A DNA stretch of 20,000 bases, from IMG/VR virus record IMGVR_UViG_3300008107_000123, positions 48,268 to 68,267 of that record; one strand, 5' to 3'. The notes beneath the pieces were generated by a model, which saw nothing but the letters and a program-made list of their open reading frames with translations, searched no databases and was not told the DNA's origin. This document shows positions 17,180 to 20,000 of the stretch, one piece after another. Position numbers and translations under genes: made by a program. Source of the DNA: an uncultured virus (IMG/VR IMGVR_UViG_3300008107_000123) (lineage: Duplodnaviria > Heunggongvirae > Uroviricota > Caudoviricetes). The first letter of the stretch is position 1. Each line of letters starts with the position of its first letter.

Positions 17180-17404
17180 GTGGAGAAGATGGTTTCGGTG
17201 GGCGAGGCAGCCGAGGTTGTTGGCGTCCACCCAAAGACGCTCGGGCGACTGATCCGAAACGGCGAGGTTCCTGCCGTGCGCGTCGGCCGGCAGTGGCGCA
17301 TCCGCCTGTCCGACCTCGAGCCGGGCTACCAAGCCCCGAGGAAGGCCGCCGCGAAGCGCGAGCCGACTGGCACGTTCACGCGGATCGCAGCCGAGCTTCC
17401 GTAA
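17180..17404 (+). CDS. xis: Excisionase / HTH_17 recombination directionality factor (about 74 aa)
   Basis: MVSVGEAAEVVGVHPKTLGRLIRNGEVPAVRVGRQWRIRLSDL; GAGGAG RBS at 17167-17172 (start 17177, 17180 or 17189); adjacent to the integrase. Confidence 0.85.
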   Translation: MEKMVSVGEAAEVVGVHPKTLGRLIRNGEVPAVRVGRQWRIRLSDLEPGYQAPRKAAAKREPTGTFTRIAAELP

Positions 17405-18395
17405 ACAGATGCGCGTAGTGATCAAGAGTCACCTTGGGCGAGTGCCCGAGCCACGACGCGACGGTCATGAGGTCGTGCCCGTCCGCGATCCATTGGCTGG
17501 CCGCCGTGTGCCTGAGGTCGTAGGGCACGCCCGTGAGGCCGAGCGTGGTGCGGGCCGGGGACCAGACCTTGCGCGTCCACATCTGCCAGTTGAGGTACTT
17601 GCCCCTGAGCGGCGGCGCGACCAGGTCGTACTGGTTTCGGCCCTCGGGTCCATACTTGGCGATGGCCTTCTTGAGCAGCGGGTCGGTTGGGATCGCCCGC
17701 TGGTGGACGCCCTTCGCCAGTTTCTCAGCCCCGTACTGCACGGAGCGCCAGACGCGCACCGACTCACCGATGTCGCGCCACTCGAGGGCCACCACCTCGG
17801 CGGGGCGCAGACCGGCGTAGGCCATGACGGCCACGATGAGGCGGTCACGGTCGGTCGGCATGGCCGCGATGATCTTGGCGACGGTCTTCCGGTCCCATGC
17901 GCGTCGGTCGGTCGGGGGCTCGGGCACCTTGCCGAGCAGCCTGACCGGGTTCCCGGGGATGAGCCCGTCGGACTCGGCAACTCCGAGCGCGGCGGACAGG
18001 ACCCGCGTGGCGTTGTTGGTGTTGACCGGCGGCGAGCCGTCACGCACGATCTCCGCGCGCCACTCCCTGACCCGGGCCCGACCCAGCTCGCGCAAGGGAA
18101 CGTGCCCGATGTAGGGATCTATCCACTTGTCCATGAGGGACGCCCGGCTGGTGCGCGTGGTCTTGGCCCACGCCACGCCGCTGGTGCGGACCCACTGGAT
18201 CAGCCAGTCATGCAGCGGCATGTCCGACGGCTCGGTCGGAGCGAATGCCCCGAGCCGCCGGCGACGGAGCATCTCGCCCTCATGGGCCTTGGCTTCGTCT
18301 TCCGAACGGAATGTTCGCGACCGGTTCCTGGTGCCCTCGCGCCAGCGAACCTCGAAGCTTGTCCCGCCCTTCCCCTCACGGCGATGTATCGACAT
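17376..18395 (-). CDS. int: Tyrosine integrase (339 aa)
   Basis: N-terminal arm-binding-like domain (FEVRWREG...SRTF); catalytic residues in AGLRPAE, YDLRHT, LGHS and HYAH. Confidence 0.95.
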   Translation of the reverse strand: MSIHRREGKGGTSFEVRWREGTRNRSRTFRSEDEAKAHEGEMLRRRRLGAFAPTEPSDMPLHDWLIQWVRTSGVAWAKTTRTSRASLMDKWIDPYIGHVPLRELGRARVREWRAEIVRDGSPPVNTNNATRVLSAALGVAESDGLIPGNPVRLLGKVPEPPTDRRAWDRKTVAKIIAAMPTDRDRLIVAVMAYAGLRPAEVVALEWRDIGESVRVWRSVQYGAEKLAKGVHQRAIPTDPLLKKAIAKYGPEGRNQYDLVAPPLRGKYLNWQMWTRKVWSPARTTLGLTGVPYDLRHTAASQWIADGHDLMTVASWLGHSPKVTLDHYAHLFTEARLRSA

Positions 18396-18402
18396 GAGCA
18401 GG

Positions 18403-18408
18403 AAGGTA
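18403..18408 (-). promoter_or_regulatory. Putative -10 (TACCTT) of a leaderless integrase transcript
   Basis: TANNNT ends 7 nt before the int ATG, and there is no SD sequence upstream of int. Confidence 0.45.
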
Positions 18409-18486
18409 CCCCAAGGAACAGAAGGATGTACGGATCCGTTCGCAACTGGGGAAATCAGGTTGATGGTCTAACTAGGAGGGAAGTCC

Positions 18487-19104
18487 TTGTTTAGCAGGCG
18501 ATTCAAGAAAAGCGGGCGACCGGGCTCGAACCGGCGACCGTCAGCTTGGGAAGCTGTTTCTGGGCAACGTCGCCCTGTTCCCAACGGTACCCGATCCTCC
18601 CGTCGCACGGGGCGATCCGGCCATTCCGTCATCCGTCGTGGTCCCTTCGTGTTCCTCTCTGCGGCGGGCCTCATGTTCGGAATCGGTTCGCAGATCGGCG
18701 TGGCAGGTTCATGGTCTAAGGCTTACGCAACTACATGTGCAAAGCATCAGGCACAGGAGAAGCGCGCCTGCGTCAAGCAGGCCAAGCGAGACGCCGTCCG
18801 CTGGCCCGCGTACCCCGTCACCACGACGGACCTCACTCGCCGTGACGTAGCGATCTCACGCTGGGTGAACCTCGGCCGCTGCGAGGCGGGCCACGGCTCG
18901 GGCTACGGCGGCGTGCGTTGGAACACCCCGAGCGGCTGGCGGTATCAGGGCGGCCTTGGCATGTACGACCGCAGCCACGCCTCCACCAGCCACCCCTACG
19001 GGTATGACGCCGGGCAGTGGAACTGGCAGACCCAGGTTCTTGTCGGCCAGAGGCTGATGGAGAAGTACGGGATCACTGCGTGGTCCGCATGGAGGTGCTG
19101 GTGA
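18487..19104 (+). CDS. Secreted or membrane-anchored resuscitation-promoting-factor (Rpf)-like transglycosylase (205 aa)
   Basis: AGGAGG at 18474-18479, 7 nt before TTG. Basic region, hydrophobic segment and AYA cleavage-like site. C-terminal WVNLGRCEAG...W.T..G.RYQGGL...Q..V..RL...G..AW...C matches the Rpf core (Glu at 18883). Alternative starts GTG 18649 or ATG 18673. Confidence 0.75.
   Translation: MFSRRFKKSGRPGSNRRPSAWEAVSGQRRPVPNGTRSSRRTGRSGHSVIRRGPFVFLSAAGLMFGIGSQIGVAGSWSKAYATTCAKHQAQEKRACVKQAKRDAVRWPAYPVTTTDLTRRDVAISRWVNLGRCEAGHGSGYGGVRWNTPSGWRYQGGLGMYDRSHASTSHPYGYDAGQWNWQTQVLVGQRLMEKYGITAWSAWRCW
18511..18556 (-). other. attP: attP common core: 3' half of tRNA-Gly(CCC)
   Basis: Minus strand reads CAGC-TTCCCAA-GCTG (anticodon arm, CCC), ACGGTC, GCCGG-TTCGAGC-CCGGT (T arm), CGCCCGC-T (acceptor 3' strand and discriminator). 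There is no matching 5' acceptor strand or D arm. It lies 115 nt upstream of int. Confidence 0.85.
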
Positions 19105-19967
19105 ATGCCTCCCCACCCCTCACAGCCGGATCTCTTTTCTCAGGCGTCGGTGGCATGGACATCGGGCTCGAGTGGGCCGGGTTCCAGCACAAGTTCTTCG
19201 CTGAGATCGATCCCTACTGCCGAGCAGTCCTTGAGGCACGGTTCCCCGGCGTCCCTGTCTACGAAGACGTCAAGCTCGTCGACGCCGACGCGGGCTACGT
19301 CGACCTCCTCTGCGGAGGCTTCCCCTGCCAGGACCTCAGTGTCGCCGGCAAGCGAGCCGGGCTCGCAGGCGAGCGCAGCGGACTCTTCTTCGAGTTCATG
19401 CGAATCGTTGACGCTCTTCGTCCCCGAGCCATCCTCATTGAGAACGTCGAAGGGCTCTACAGCTCTGGAAGCCCTAAAGGCGCAGACTTCGGGGTCGTCC
19501 TCGACTCGCTGGCCGAACGCAGGTATCTGGCGTCGTGGCGAACTCTTGACGCGCAGCACTTCGGGGTGCCACAGCGAAGGCGACGCGTGTTCGTGTGCGC
19601 CATCGCTGACGGAGATCCTCGAGCCGAACGCATCGGAGAAGTACTCGCTGTCGCAGAAGGCAGCGGCGGGGATTCTTCGACGAGCGACCCGGCGTGGCCG
19701 CTCTCTGCCTCCGCAGTTGGACGAAGCACTGAGGGCAGTGGCGGGCGAATCGTCGGAGCCCTGTCAGGACGAAGCGTGACGCGCTTGGACGAACAGTGCG
19801 TGGGGGGGGGTCAGCTTGTGACTGCGGCTGTGACCTCCAAGTGGGCAAAGGGGAGCGGCGGCCCTGCCGGCGACGAGATCCAGAACGTCGTGTGGTCGGC
19901 GCGCTCTCCGCTCGCGGATACACCAAGTACACCGATCAGGAGTTCGTCCGACGGGGGCAACTCGTGA
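19101..19967 (+). CDS. DNA (cytosine-5) methyltransferase, motifs I-VIII; the frame ends without motifs IX/X
   Basis: GGAGG RBS with GTGA overlap; SLFSGVGG (I), GGFPCQDLS (IV), IENVEG (VI), QRRRRVF (VIII). The coding signal appears to continue in the -1 frame from about 19892. Confidence 0.9.
   Translation: MNASPPLTAGSLFSGVGGMDIGLEWAGFQHKFFAEIDPYCRAVLEARFPGVPVYEDVKLVDADAGYVDLLCGGFPCQDLSVAGKRAGLAGERSGLFFEFMRIVDALRPRAILIENVEGLYSSGSPKGADFGVVLDSLAERRYLASWRTLDAQHFGVPQRRRRVFVCAIADGDPRAERIGEVLAVAEGSGGDSSTSDPAWPLSASAVGRSTEGSGGRIVGALSGRSVTRLDEQCVGGGQLVTAAVTSKWAKGSGGPAGDEIQNVVWSARSPLADTPSTPIRSSSDGGNS
19105..19779 (+). CDS. Alternative-frame protein nested in the MTase gene (putative beta-type subunit)
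   Basis: 224-codon +1 frame ORF; C-terminal RWPNAG...G...SLTEILE...KYSLSQKAAAGILRRATRRGRSLP..L..AL looks like structured protein. Confidence 0.6.
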   Translation: MPPHPSQPDLFSQASVAWTSGSSGPGSSTSSSLRSIPTAEQSLRHGSPASLSTKTSSSSTPTRATSTSSAEASPARTSVSPASEPGSQASAADSSSSSCESLTLFVPEPSSLRTSKGSTALEALKAQTSGSSSTRWPNAGIWRRGELLTRSTSGCHSEGDACSCAPSLTEILEPNASEKYSLSQKAAAGILRRATRRGRSLPPQLDEALRAVAGESSEPCQDEA

Positions 19968-20000
19968 CGAATCACGACGTTATCCGCACCGGCAAGAACG
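19892..20000 (+). CDS. Frame-shifted continuation of the MTase variable region (partial, runs off the window)
   Basis: VVGALSARGYTKYTDQEFVRRGQLVT repeats the in-frame unit IVGALSGRSVTRLDEQCVGGGQLVT; GC3-rich codons; no stop before the window end. Confidence 0.6.
   Translation, partial: MVGALSARGYTKYTDQEFVRRGQLVTNHDVIRTGKN

Larger units (their letters stand above)
1..20000. mobile_element. Temperate tailed phage genome segment (podovirus-like structural module), apparently in the unintegrated form
   Basis: Tightly packed structural, lysis, repressor, recombination, xis/int and MTase genes. Phage genes lie on both sides of a tRNA-derived att core, and no host housekeeping genes are seen. Confidence 0.93.

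Noticed and set aside
15590..18494. ORFs 15590-16660 (-) and 17409-18494 (+)
   Set aside because: They mirror the nuclease and integrase on the opposite strand and carry no independent coding signal.
18511..18590. Complete tRNA-Gly gene
   Set aside because: Only the anticodon arm, T arm and 3' acceptor strand are present. The 5' acceptor strand and D arm are missing, which fits an att core.

Overview
The whole window is part of a high-GC temperate tailed-phage genome. The host is probably actinobacterial, judging by the GC content, an Rpf-like gene and TANNNT/leaderless promoter style. Order of modules: (1) end of the head genes, a podovirus-type adaptor/nozzle, a short fibre-like gene and three probable ejection proteins (1-10945); (2) a two-domain virion muramidase/peptidase and a lysis cassette with a CHAP endolysin (10946-13340); (3) a metallophosphoesterase plus a MazG-like pair; (4) an XRE repressor with flanking promoters; (5) an early operon (PD-(D/E)XK nuclease, SSB-like protein, excisionase) convergent with a tyrosine integrase; (6) an intact attP core (3' half of tRNA-Gly-CCC); (7) an Rpf-like gene and a C5 DNA methyltransferase. 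Three observations stand out. The attP core lies inside the 5' coding region of the Rpf-like gene, so integration would remove its RBS and start codon. The methyltransferase locus is dual-coded and has a G9 tract upstream of a frame break. Two near-identical promoters converge across the repressor gene. All product calls come from motif recognition by eye; no database searches were run.
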